Program-made: the position numbers and the translations under genes
Assembly (NCBI GenBank): GCA_009927255.1
Contig: RFNJ01000124.1
Span: forward strand, 1 to 43,846
Source: Pseudomonadota bacterium
GTDB taxonomy: Bacteria > Pseudomonadota > Alphaproteobacteria > UBA2136 > UBA6156
Direction: 5' to 3'
DNA length: 43,846 bases
Notes under the pieces: model-generated
What the model was told of the DNA's origin: nothing
Database searches by the model: none
What the model saw: only the letters and a program-made list of their open reading frames with translations
Shown: positions 15,236 to 23,769 of the stretch, one piece after another
Layout: every line of letters begins with the position of its first letter
Position numbering within the stretch: the first letter of the stretch is position 1

Positions 15236-17032
15236 TTAGCGGATAATATTCACAAGTTCTTGCAGCATTTCGTTCACCACCGTGATGATGCGCGCGCTGG
15301 CTTGAAAACTGTTTTGATAGACCAGCATTTGGCTGAGTTCTTCGTTAATGTTCACGCCGGCAATGCTGCTGAGCGATTGGTCGAGCTGTTGCTTGAGGTT
15401 TTCGTTGAAGCTGACGCGGTCTTTGGCATCGGCCACCTGCACCGCCAAGTTACCGGCCACTTGGGTGGTATAGCCCACCAAGGTGGCGGTTTGTGCGGCC
15501 AGCCCGCCCGCGGCGGGAATGGAGAATTTGGTATCGGCGAGTTTGGCAAGGTCGGTAATATTGCGGTTATCGAGGCTGCTGAGGCCGCCATCGGTGGTGC
15601 GCATGCGGGCGGTGGGGAGGTTGTCGGGGTTGTTGAGCATTCCAGACGCAACTGCAATATTCGTGCTGCTGGTGCCGGTGAAGAGGTTGTTCATTCCCAA
15701 AATACCCAGCGGGTTGCCGCTGGAGTTGTTGCTCAGCACAATCCGGTGGTTGGGGTTGTTGGCTTGGATTTGCAGGATGGGGCGGCCATCGGAATTGGTG
15801 AGGGCGGTGGCTGTCATGGTGGCGCTGACGGCACCGTTGGCGTTGATGGTGTTGGCCAAGTTGGTGAGCGAATAGGGGCCGGGCAAGCCGGGGATGGTAA
15901 CGGCGGTGCCGTTGATGGTGCTGGCCACGGGGTTGCCCAAGGTATCCACTACGCTGATGTGGAAGCTTTGGTTGGCCAGGGCGGGGTCGAGGTCGGTAAA
16001 CATATTGCTTGCCGTGCTGGACATCACGGTGGTGTTGGCGCTGGTAAGCGCGCGTACGGGGGGAAAGCTGCTGCCTTGGCTGCTGAGCCTGTTCACTTGG
16101 GTAATCAGGGTGCTGGTGAATTGGTCGATTTGGGCCAGCAAGTTGGGGACGTTGGTATCGCGGACATCGACCAGCGCTTTGATTTTGCCGCTGGTGAGGG
16201 TGGCGGTGTTGATGTCGAACAGGGTGGGGTCGAGCGTGCCATCCACCTTAACGTTTTGCACGCTGATGGCGCTGTAGGGGCTGCCGGTGGTGCGGGTGAG
16301 TTGGACGTAGGAGACATCGTCCACCAGCTTGCGACCATTTTCGGTGGTGATGCGCACGCCGCCGTTGCTGGTGTTTTCGCTGACTTGGATTTTAAAGCGT
16401 TCAGCCAGTTGGTTGATTTTGGTAGCGCGGGCGTCGAGCAAGTCATTGGCATTGGCGCCGTTGCTGCTGCTGAGTCCTTGGGCGGTGATTTGGATGTTGA
16501 GGTTGTAGATATCTTTGATGATTTGGTTGGTTACTGCAAGGTCAGCACTAATGGCATTATCGGCATCGGTGGCGATGGTTTTGAGTTTACCACCGACATC
16601 TTGCAGGGTGCGGGCGAGTAAATCGGCCTGCTGGATAACGTTGCGTTTAAGTGCGGAGTTGCCGGGTTCGTTGGAGGCTTGGTTGAGGGATTCGATGAAG
16701 CTCCCCACGGTGGCATCCAGCCCGCCTTGGCTGCCGGCGTTGCTGAGGGTATTTTCCAGCGATTCCATCAGCGTGCGGCGCTGGGTGGCGAAGGCGGTAT
16801 CGGACCCCGCGTTGATTTGGCGGCTGGCGATGAACCTATCGGTAATGCGTTGGATGCTATCGAGCTGCACGCCGTTGCCGAAGCCGTTGGCGCTGGTGGC
16901 GCTGGTTTGCACCTGTTGGCGCGAATAGCCAACCGTGTTGATGTTGGCGATGTTGTGCGACACCGTGCCCAAGCCCAGCTGGGCCAGCTGCATGCCAGAA
17001 GTGCCGATGCGGAGTGAATTGCCTAAACTCAT
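15236..17032 (-). CDS. flgK: Flagellar hook-associated protein 1, FlgK
   Basis: N-terminus MSLGNSLRIGTSGMQLAQLGLGTVSHNIANINTVGYSRQ. C-terminus EELSQMLVYQNSFQASARII. Confidence 0.9.
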   Translation of the reverse strand: MSLGNSLRIGTSGMQLAQLGLGTVSHNIANINTVGYSRQQVQTSATSANGFGNGVQLDSIQRITDRFIASRQINAGSDTAFATQRRTLMESLENTLSNAGSQGGLDATVGSFIESLNQASNEPGNSALKRNVIQQADLLARTLQDVGGKLKTIATDADNAISADLAVTNQIIKDIYNLNIQITAQGLSSSNGANANDLLDARATKINQLAERFKIQVSENTSNGGVRITTENGRKLVDDVSYVQLTRTTGSPYSAISVQNVKVDGTLDPTLFDINTATLTSGKIKALVDVRDTNVPNLLAQIDQFTSTLITQVNRLSSQGSSFPPVRALTSANTTVMSSTASNMFTDLDPALANQSFHISVVDTLGNPVASTINGTAVTIPGLPGPYSLTNLANTINANGAVSATMTATALTNSDGRPILQIQANNPNHRIVLSNNSSGNPLGILGMNNLFTGTSSTNIAVASGMLNNPDNLPTARMRTTDGGLSSLDNRNITDLAKLADTKFSIPAAGGLAAQTATLVGYTTQVAGNLAVQVADAKDRVSFNENLKQQLDQSLSSIAGVNINEELSQMLVYQNSFQASARIITVVNEMLQELVNIIR

Positions 17033-17043
17033 ATCATTGCCTT

Positions 17044-17059
17044 TGCAAGTTGTGTGCCA
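17044..17059 (-). promoter_or_regulatory. sigma54 -24/-12 promoter for flgK (TGGCAC-ACAAC-TTGCA)
   Basis: The minus strand reads ATGGCACACAACTTGCAAAGGCAATGAT-ATG. GG and GC are at consensus spacing, with 12 nt from the C of GC to the flgK ATG. Confidence 0.7.
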
Positions 17060-17071
17060 TGGGCGATTTTA

Positions 17072-17518
17072 TTAGACATGGCGAGCCACCAAGCGGGTTT
17101 GGGCGTAGGTATTTTGGTAAGCGCCGGTGGCAGAATACAGCTGGGCTTTGGGGGCATTTGCCTCCATTTCATCGCGCACCGCCACAATGATATCGGCGCG
17201 CACTTGGTGGGCGGCTTGCAGCGCAATGCTGTTTTGTTTGCTCATCAGTTGGAAGTGCTGCATTTCTTCCGCCAACTGGATAGCTTGATAGCGGCTGGCG
17301 GTATCGGTTTTCCAGCCCGTGCCTTGCTTTTTAAGCTCGGCAAGGATTTGCTCCAGCCGAATAGTGAGGCGTTTTTTGTGTTGCAGCAGGGTTTCGAGTT
17401 GGGCGGATTGATGGCGGCCGAGCATGGCATTTTCTTGCGCCATCACCGCCATCAGTTCGCGGCAGGTTTGGCTGGCGTGTTGCATCAGTTGCAATGCGGG
17501 GGTGGCGGGGAGGTTCAT
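17072..17518 (-). CDS. flgN: FlgN-like flagellar export chaperone
   Basis: 148-aa helical protein directly upstream of flgK. N-terminal L..L...C.EL..V...EN..L pattern. Confidence 0.55.
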   Translation of the reverse strand: MNLPATPALQLMQHASQTCRELMAVMAQENAMLGRHQSAQLETLLQHKKRLTIRLEQILAELKKQGTGWKTDTASRYQAIQLAEEMQHFQLMSKQNSIALQAAHQVRADIIVAVRDEMEANAPKAQLYSATGAYQNTYAQTRLVARHV

Positions 17519-17543
17519 GGGCTTAGCTTTCTCTTATTCTGGA

Positions 17544-17909
17544 TTATTTTGGAAGTTGGGTTTGGGTGTTAATCAGGGCGGATTCGGGGATGGTTTGTTG
17601 GCTTGGCAGAGCCGTATTTTGCCCTTGCTCTTGCTTGCGCAGCAGCTCGGCATAAACTTGCTTGGCGATGCCGAAGCCGCCAGTTTGCGCAATGTTGTTA
17701 GCCAGCTGTTCTTGCAGGTGGTGGCTGAACATCTCTTCGCCCGCGCCGCCGTTCATCACCTTGCTCTCGTTTTTGGGCATTGTAAGGTTAATAAACTGGT
17801 AGATATAAAAGGCTTCGAACTCCTGCGATTTTTGCTGGAGCTTGGCCTTAACCTCGGCGGGCACGGTGCTGCCCAAATTGGCCGAGATTGGTGTGAGTAT
17901 ATTAACCAT
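17544..17909 (-). CDS. flgJ: Rod-binding protein (FlgJ N-terminal domain / CheL-like)
   Basis: SQEFEAFYIYQFINLTM...GGAGEEMF...L...IAQTGGFGIAKQVY. No muramidase domain. Confidence 0.7.
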   Translation of the reverse strand: MVNILTPISANLGSTVPAEVKAKLQQKSQEFEAFYIYQFINLTMPKNESKVMNGGAGEEMFSHHLQEQLANNIAQTGGFGIAKQVYAELLRKQEQGQNTALPSQQTIPESALINTQTQLPK

Positions 17910-19039
17910 TAGAGCACCACCAATTCAGCTTGCAGGGCGCCTGCGGCTTTGATGTTTTGCAGGATGCTGATGATATCGCGTGGTTTAACACCCAGTGCAT
18001 TGAGGCCGCTGACAAGGTCGGACAGCGAGGCGCCACCTTGCAGGATGCTGAACTTGCCTTTGGCGGGATCGTTATCAATTTTCTCGATGGTGGTTTTATC
18101 AATGGTAACGGTTTCGCCAGCCACGTTGAAGCTGACCGGTTGTGACACCTGTTTTTCTTCGGTAATTTTAATAATTAAGTTGGCGTGGCTGATGGCAACC
18201 GGGGCAATCCGCACGTTTTCGCCCATCACCACCGTGCCGGTTTTTTCGTCAATCACCACGCGGGCTTCGGTGGCGGGTTCCACTTGCAGGTTTTCAATTT
18301 TCTCAATAATCGCGGCGATTTCGCCTTGATAACGGGTGGGCACTTGCACTTTAATCAGGCCGTTATCGGCGGTGCTGGCCAGTTCTTCCTTAAAGGCTTT
18401 GTTGATGCTTTCCTTCAGGCGCATGGCGGTGGTGAAATCGGGCTGGCGGAGGATGAATTTAAGCTGGTTGCCAAGTTGGGAGAGTTCAAACCCCGATTCA
18501 CGCTCTACCAGCGCACCCGCGGCAATCCGCGCCACGGTGGGGTGGTTTTTACTAAGGCTAGAGCCATCCTTACCCGTGGCCTGAAAACCGCCCACCACCA
18601 TCGCGCCTTGGGCCACGGCATAGGTTTCCCCATCCGCCGCCACCAGCGGTGTGGCCAGTAGCATGCCGCCTTCCAGCGATTTGGCATCGCCCAGCGAACT
18701 GACGGTGACATCTACTTTGGAACCTTGGCGGGCAAGGCTGGGCAGCTTGGCGGTGACCATCACCGCCGCCACGTTTTTGGTTTTGATTTGGCTGAGCACA
18801 TCTTTAGCGTTCACGCCCAAACGCTCCAGCATGTTAGAGAGTGATTGGCGGGTGAAGGGGATGCCGTTGGCGCTGTCGCCCGTGCCTGCCAAACCGACCA
18901 CCAGGCCGTAGCCCACCAGCACGTTTTCGCGCACACCTTCAATATCGGCAAGGTCTTTCACTTTGGCGCTGGGGGCAGCGTGCAAGCTGGGGGAGAACAT
19001 GATGGCGACGGTGAGGAGCAGGGTGAGGAGTGTTTTCAT
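17909..19039 (-). CDS. flgI: Flagellar P-ring protein FlgI
   Basis: Signal peptide then KDLADIEGVRENVLVGYGLVVGLAGTGD. C-terminus LNALGVKPRDIISILQNIKAAGALQAELVVL. Confidence 0.95.
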   Translation of the reverse strand: MKTLLTLLLTVAIMFSPSLHAAPSAKVKDLADIEGVRENVLVGYGLVVGLAGTGDSANGIPFTRQSLSNMLERLGVNAKDVLSQIKTKNVAAVMVTAKLPSLARQGSKVDVTVSSLGDAKSLEGGMLLATPLVAADGETYAVAQGAMVVGGFQATGKDGSSLSKNHPTVARIAAGALVERESGFELSQLGNQLKFILRQPDFTTAMRLKESINKAFKEELASTADNGLIKVQVPTRYQGEIAAIIEKIENLQVEPATEARVVIDEKTGTVVMGENVRIAPVAISHANLIIKITEEKQVSQPVSFNVAGETVTIDKTTIEKIDNDPAKGKFSILQGGASLSDLVSGLNALGVKPRDIISILQNIKAAGALQAELVVL

Positions 19040-19050
19040 GCCATGCCAGA

Positions 19051-19066
19051 TGCATGGGGCGTGCCA
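19051..19066 (-). promoter_or_regulatory. sigma54 -24/-12 promoter for flgI (TGGCAC-GCCCC-ATGCA)
   Basis: The minus strand reads TTGGCACGCCCCATGCATCTGGCATGGC-ATG, with 12 nt from the C of GC to the flgI ATG. Confidence 0.6.
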
Positions 19067-19105
19067 AGGTTTATTTTATGTTGTTGCACAAGGGGTTATT
19101 TTGGT

Positions 19106-19121
19106 TGGCATGGGGTGTGCA
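19106..19121 (+). promoter_or_regulatory. sigma54 -24/-12 promoter for flgB operon (TGGCAT-GGGGT-GTGCA)
   Basis: GG/GC at consensus spacing. Followed by a roughly 33-nt leader with [10 protein letters not shown] before ATG 19165. Confidence 0.55.
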
Positions 19122-19164
19122 TTAATATGAACAATTGGCATAACGGAATAAGAGGAGAATAACC

Positions 19165-19548
19165 ATGGCCAGCGTAAGTGATGCCCTGAGTGCCCGGATG
19201 AACTACCTGATTGCGCGGCAGGGAATGATTGCCAGCAACATTGCCAATGCCGATACACCCGAATATCTGCCCAAAGATTTGGTGGCGCGTGCTGGTGGCA
19301 GCGCGCGCAGCAACTTTGGCATGGCCGTAAGCAACGCCATGCACATGGCGGGTGGCAGCGGCGCCAAACTGAAGAGCCTTGGCAGCGTGGTGGAAGACCA
19401 ACGCTTTGTGCAGCACAACGGCAACGGCGTGCGGATTGACCAAGAAATGCTGAAGATGAACGAAACCCAGCTGAATTATCGGCTGATGACCGAGCTTTAT
19501 AGCAAACAAGTGAACCTGCAGCGCATTGCAATGGGCCGTGGGCGCTAG
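19165..19548 (+). CDS. flgB: Flagellar basal-body rod protein FlgB
   Basis: NIANADTPEY motif. 127 aa. First gene of flgB-flgC-fliE. Confidence 0.85.
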   Translation: MASVSDALSARMNYLIARQGMIASNIANADTPEYLPKDLVARAGGSARSNFGMAVSNAMHMAGGSGAKLKSLGSVVEDQRFVQHNGNGVRIDQEMLKMNETQLNYRLMTELYSKQVNLQRIAMGRGR

Positions 19549-19568
19549 AGGATAAAGGAGCATAAACC

Positions 19569-19976
19569 ATGGACTTAATGGATAGCCTGAAAGTAAGTTC
19601 CAGCGGCATGCTGGGGCAAAGCCAGCGGATGAAGGTGGCCGCCGAGAACATTGCCAACGCCGATAGCATGCAGCGGGCGAATGGCGAGGGGCCGTATCGC
19701 GCCAAACAGGTGGTGTTTAAAAGCGTGCTGAACCGCGTGAGTGGCCTCACCGAACTGCAAGCCAGCGTGCAAGAAGATAATGTTTCGCCGCTGCGGCCGG
19801 AGTATCGGCCCGGCCACGAACTGGCCGATGCCCGCGGCTTTGTGCTGCTGCCCAATGTGGATAGCACGGTGGAAAGCCTGAACATGCGCGAGGCCCAGCG
19901 CAGCTACGAAGCCAACATGGCCGCCATTACCACCGCGCGGGATATGATGGGGCGGAGCTTGGATATGCTACGATAA
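19569..19976 (+). CDS. flgC: Flagellar basal-body rod protein FlgC
   Basis: AENIANADS, LPNVD and REAQRSYEAN motifs. Confidence 0.9.
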   Translation: MDLMDSLKVSSSGMLGQSQRMKVAAENIANADSMQRANGEGPYRAKQVVFKSVLNRVSGLTELQASVQEDNVSPLRPEYRPGHELADARGFVLLPNVDSTVESLNMREAQRSYEANMAAITTARDMMGRSLDMLR

Positions 19977-20050
19977 TCGGGGGTTTTGATGGATTGCGAT
20001 TGGGCGGTTTTTAGGGTAGATTACGGCAAAACAAGAAGGACTTAAACTTG

Positions 20051-20350
20051 ATGGACGTGATGAAAATAGGTTCCGGCATGGCTGCCAGCTTGGCCAAGGT
20101 TGGAGCAGCTGCCAGTGATGCCAGCGTGGCTGGCAACTTTGGCGATGTGCTGAAAAACATGATGAGCCAAACCGTGCAAGCCCAGCAGCAGGCCAGCAGC
20201 CTAACCCTTGCCACCGCCAGTGGTGACAGTGTGGCGATGCAAGACGTGGTGGCGGCAGTCAGCAAAGCGGAATTGACGCTGCAAACACTGGTGACAGTGC
20301 GTGACCGTGCGGTGGAGGCGTATCAGGAAATTATCCGGATGCCGGTCTAA
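20051..20350 (+). CDS. fliE: Flagellar hook-basal body complex protein FliE
   Basis: The ATG at 20051 is preferred over the TTG at 20048. C-terminal AELTLQTLVTVRDRAVEAYQEIIRMPV. Confidence 0.85.
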   Translation: MDVMKIGSGMAASLAKVGAAASDASVAGNFGDVLKNMMSQTVQAQQQASSLTLATASGDSVAMQDVVAAVSKAELTLQTLVTVRDRAVEAYQEIIRMPV

Positions 20351-20478
20351 AGACGGTTAACGGCTGCACGGATTAAGGGATGAACGAATAACAAGATTTG
20401 GCGCTTAAGTGGTGGGCGTGGTGGTGGATGGACTTGGGCGTTGTGTGCTAATCTTAGGTTTATGAAAGTAGCCAGTGC

Positions 20479-20778
20479 ATGACCCCCGATAGCGTGGCCA
20501 CCGTGGCGCGCGAAGCCGTGCTGGCGCTGCTGATGGTTTCGGCCCCCGCCATGCTGGTAGCGCTGGTGGTGGGGTTGTTGATTGGCTTGTTTCAGGCCCT
20601 TACCAGCATTCAGGAAGTGACGCTCACCTTCGTGCCGAAAATTATTTTGGTGTTTGCCGCGCTGCTGATGACCATGCCCTTTATGGCCAGCCAAATGCAA
20701 GAGTTAACCAATGACCTGTTTGAGCGCATGGCCTTTACCGATAAAGTGGTGAGTGATGTGTCGGAGCAAGCGCCATGA
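20479..20778 (+). CDS. fliQ: Flagellar export apparatus protein FliQ
   Basis: Two TM helices and an LFQALTSIQE.TLTFVPK motif. Confidence 0.9.
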   Translation: MTPDSVATVAREAVLALLMVSAPAMLVALVVGLLIGLFQALTSIQEVTLTFVPKIILVFAALLMTMPFMASQMQELTNDLFERMAFTDKVVSDVSEQAP

Positions 20779-21551
20779 TTGGCGCTTACTTAGCGGAACT
20801 TTTGGTCTTTCCCTTTTTCTTGATTTTCGCTCGCCTTGGGGCGGCGGTGATGGTCTTTCCGGCCCTTTCGGATATGGCGGTGCCGGTGCGGTTTCGGTTG
20901 CTGATGGCGGTGGCGATCAGCGCAGTATTTTTTCCGCTGTTACAGCCGGGGTTACCCGCGATGCCCGGGCAAACCGGCGCGATGCTGGCACTGGTGTTGG
21001 GGGAAATTTTTGTAGGGATTTTGATGGCGCTGGGCGCCCGTCTGTTTATCGCCGCCTTTGCAGTAGCGGGTGAGATTATTGCGTTTATGGCAGGCTTCCA
21101 AAGTGCCACGTTGTTTGACCCCCAAAGCGCCAGCAACACCGTGGCACCCACGCTGTTTTTAAGCATCACCGCCGCCGCCATGCTACTGGCGTTGAATTTG
21201 CACCACGATCTCATCCGCGCGGTGGCCGCCAGTTATGTCGCATTTCCGGCCGGGGTTTGGCCGGAGATTGAGGATGTGAACATGGCGGTGATTGAAATTG
21301 TCGCGCAGCTGTTTGCGCTGGGCGTGCAGCTGGCGGCGCCGATTATTCTGGTGGGGCTGCTGGCCAATGCCTTGTTTGGCGTGCTGGGGCGTTTAATTCC
21401 CCAGTTGCAGGTGTTTTACGTCAGCATTCCGGTGAGCATTACCCTTAGCCTGCTGGTACTGGCGGCGGGGCTTAGTGCGATGATGGAGTTGTGGACGGAT
21501 ACGGTTGCGGGTAAGATGAGCGTATTCCAGATTGAAGAAAGTTTGCGCTGA
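20775..21551 (+). CDS. fliR: Flagellar export apparatus protein FliR
   Basis: 258-aa polytopic protein. The ATGA start overlaps the fliQ stop. Confidence 0.9.
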   Translation: MIGAYLAELLVFPFFLIFARLGAAVMVFPALSDMAVPVRFRLLMAVAISAVFFPLLQPGLPAMPGQTGAMLALVLGEIFVGILMALGARLFIAAFAVAGEIIAFMAGFQSATLFDPQSASNTVAPTLFLSITAAAMLLALNLHHDLIRAVAASYVAFPAGVWPEIEDVNMAVIEIVAQLFALGVQLAAPIILVGLLANALFGVLGRLIPQLQVFYVSIPVSITLSLLVLAAGLSAMMELWTDTVAGKMSVFQIEESLR

Positions 21552-21955
21552 TGGTGCTGAATATTCAAGGTTTAAAAGGGCCGCAGGCGGCAGATAAAGC
21601 CAAAGGCAAAGCCAAAGTTGGTGAAGGCGGGGCCAAATTTGCCGAACTTTTAGAGGCCGCGCAAACAGGCGAAACGCCTGCGCCAGCGCCGACATTTGGC
21701 TTAGGCGTGCAAGTGCCAGTGTTTGGCTTGGCAGATGAGGTGCCGCGTGATGCCAAAGGCCAAGCGCGAGAGCTTTTGAAAACTTTGCGCGAGGTTGCCG
21801 ATGCCGCCTTGGGTGGCGAAAACATGCAGCGCGTGCAGCGGCTGGAAGCTTTGGCGAATGAGGTGGATGAAAGCACCCTAAGCAGCACGCAAAAAGAAGC
21901 ATTGGCCGAAGTGCGCACCCGTGCCGCGGTTGAGGTGGCGAAGCTGAAAGGCTAG
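21551..21955 (+). CDS. fliX: FliX-like class II flagellar assembly regulator (tentative)
   Basis: 134 aa. The ATG overlaps the fliR TGA. The C-terminus ALAEVRTRAAVEVAKLKG and the central RELLKTLREVADAALGG resemble my recollection of Caulobacter FliX (..IETRAAVE.AKLE). Confidence 0.5.
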   Translation: MVLNIQGLKGPQAADKAKGKAKVGEGGAKFAELLEAAQTGETPAPAPTFGLGVQVPVFGLADEVPRDAKGQARELLKTLREVADAALGGENMQRVQRLEALANEVDESTLSSTQKEALAEVRTRAAVEVAKLKG

Positions 21956-21959
21956 GCCG

Positions 21960-23030
21960 ATGGCGGATGATGAGGACCAGGGCAGTAAAACCGAAGAGCC
22001 AACCGAGCAGAAACTGCGCAAACTCCGCGAAGACGGCAACGTGCCCACCAGCCGCGAAGTGAATAATCTGTTTGCCATTTTGGGCATGGTGATTTTGGCC
22101 GGGCTGGCGGCACCGTGGGGCTTTGGTAAAATTCTTGAGTTGGCGGCGGCGGTGATTCAGAATGCGGGAGTAACGCAGTTAGAAGACGGCGCCAGCGTGG
22201 GCGCGGCTTTGGTGCAGGTGTTCATGACGTTTCTGATTGCTTTGGTGCCGCTGTTGGGGATTTTGATGGTGCTGGGGTATTTGGGCGGGTTTTTGCAGAA
22301 TGGGGCAATTTATTCTACCAAGCCGATTACTCCCAACCTTGAAAAGATTAGCCCGTTGGCAGGGTTTAAGCGGCTTTTTAGCCTGAAAAGTTTGGCTGAA
22401 TTTGTGAAGGGTATTATTAAGATGTTGGTGGTGGGTGCAGCGATTGTGATGGTGGTTTATGGGCAAAAAGATAGCATGTTGGCGTTGATTAATGGCGAAA
22501 TTTCCGACCTGCTTTACCTCACCCAAAAAATGCTGCTGTGGGTGCTGGGAGCTGCGTTGGCAGTGATGATTGTGCTGGCGATTGTCGATGTGCTGTTTCA
22601 GCGCTTTCAGTTTTTAAAGCAGCACCGGATGAGCCGCTACGAAATGAAGGAAGAAATGCGCGACAGCGAAGGCGACCCGCACATGAAAGCGCGGCGGCGG
22701 CAAATTCAGCGCGAACGCAGCCGCAAGCGGATGATGGCCAACGTGCCCAAGGCCGACGTGGTGATTACCAACCCCACCCACTACGCCTGCGCCCTGCGCT
22801 ACAAGCCCGCCGAGGGCGACGCCGCCCCCATTTTGCTGGCCAAGGGGGTGGACGCGGTGGCGCTGCGCATCCGCGAAATTGCCAAGGAAAACGACATCCC
22901 GCTGTTCGAAGACCGAATTCTCGCCCGCCAACTATGGCAGGATGTGGAGATTGACGACGCCATCCCCGTGCAGCTGTATGAGGTGGTGGCCAAGGTGATT
23001 GCTTTGGTAGCGAAACTGAAAAAGGCTTGA
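21960..23030 (+). CDS. flhB: Flagellar export apparatus protein FlhB
   Basis: N-terminus DQGSKTEEPTEQKLRKLREDGNVPTSRE. The NPTH autocleavage motif is present (ITNPTHYA). Confidence 0.95.
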   Translation: MADDEDQGSKTEEPTEQKLRKLREDGNVPTSREVNNLFAILGMVILAGLAAPWGFGKILELAAAVIQNAGVTQLEDGASVGAALVQVFMTFLIALVPLLGILMVLGYLGGFLQNGAIYSTKPITPNLEKISPLAGFKRLFSLKSLAEFVKGIIKMLVVGAAIVMVVYGQKDSMLALINGEISDLLYLTQKMLLWVLGAALAVMIVLAIVDVLFQRFQFLKQHRMSRYEMKEEMRDSEGDPHMKARRRQIQRERSRKRMMANVPKADVVITNPTHYACALRYKPAEGDAAPILLAKGVDAVALRIREIAKENDIPLFEDRILARQLWQDVEIDDAIPVQLYEVVAKVIALVAKLKKA

Positions 23031-23031
23031 T

Positions 23032-23748
23032 TTAAAACGGTAAAATCTTATCAATCATCCGCACGCCATATTGCGGTGTTTGGGCTTCATCAACCATGCC
23101 CTTGCCAGCGTAGGCAATGCGGGCTTCGGCGATTTTTTGGCTGCTGATGGTGTTCTGTGCGGTAATGTCTTCCGGCCGCACCATGCCTTGCAGAATCAGC
23201 ACTTGTTTTTCGTAGTTTACCACCACTTCGCGCTGGCCCTGAATCACCAGCAGGCCATTGGGTAGAACTTGGGTTACTACTGCGGCGATGTTGGCGGTGA
23301 GGCTGTCTTTTCTATCGGTTTTACCATCACCTTGGAAGTCGCGGTTGCTCGAGCTATTCACCAAGTTATTGGCAATGGTGGGGATGCCGCGCTCTTTCAG
23401 TTTACCTTCAAGGTTGAGGAAGTCGAGCAGGCTGGCGCGCTGAGTATGGTCGCGCGAGGCATCGGTTTTGGCTTCGGTTTTGGCGGTGGCCGATTCGTTG
23501 ACGACCACGGTGACGATATCCCCCACCGTGCGCGCGCGGCTATCCTTAAAAAACTGGCGGCTGCCCGGCACCCACAGGGCGCCAGCGGCGGGCTTGGGCG
23601 CTTGCGGGATGGCCACCGGCGTGTTGATGGCCATTTGGCTATTGGTGCCAAGGCCGGCATTCAGCGGAGTTAATTCTGGCCGCACCATGCTTTGGCAACC
23701 CGTGGCAGCCAAGGCAGTGAGAGTAAGGAGAGTGGCTGTGGATTTCAT
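23032..23748 (-). CDS. flgH: Flagellar L-ring lipoprotein FlgH
   Basis: Lipobox LAATGC. GDIVTVVV.E and LVIQGQREV motifs. Confidence 0.9.
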   Translation of the reverse strand: MKSTATLLTLTALAATGCQSMVRPELTPLNAGLGTNSQMAINTPVAIPQAPKPAAGALWVPGSRQFFKDSRARTVGDIVTVVVNESATAKTEAKTDASRDHTQRASLLDFLNLEGKLKERGIPTIANNLVNSSSNRDFQGDGKTDRKDSLTANIAAVVTQVLPNGLLVIQGQREVVVNYEKQVLILQGMVRPEDITAQNTISSQKIAEARIAYAGKGMVDEAQTPQYGVRMIDKILPF

Positions 23749-23769
23749 GATGGTGGCCTTTCGTAAGTA

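Noticed and set aside
15164-16621. 485-aa plus-strand ORF antisense to flgK
   Set aside because: It is Gly/Ala/Val-rich and repetitive, and it mirrors the codon structure of flgK. flgK itself has unmistakable N- and C-terminal homology.
20434-20450. sigma54-like TTGGGCG-TTGTG-TGCTA upstream of fliQ
   Set aside because: The GG-to-GC spacing is one nucleotide short of the -24/-12 consensus and the -24 element is poor.
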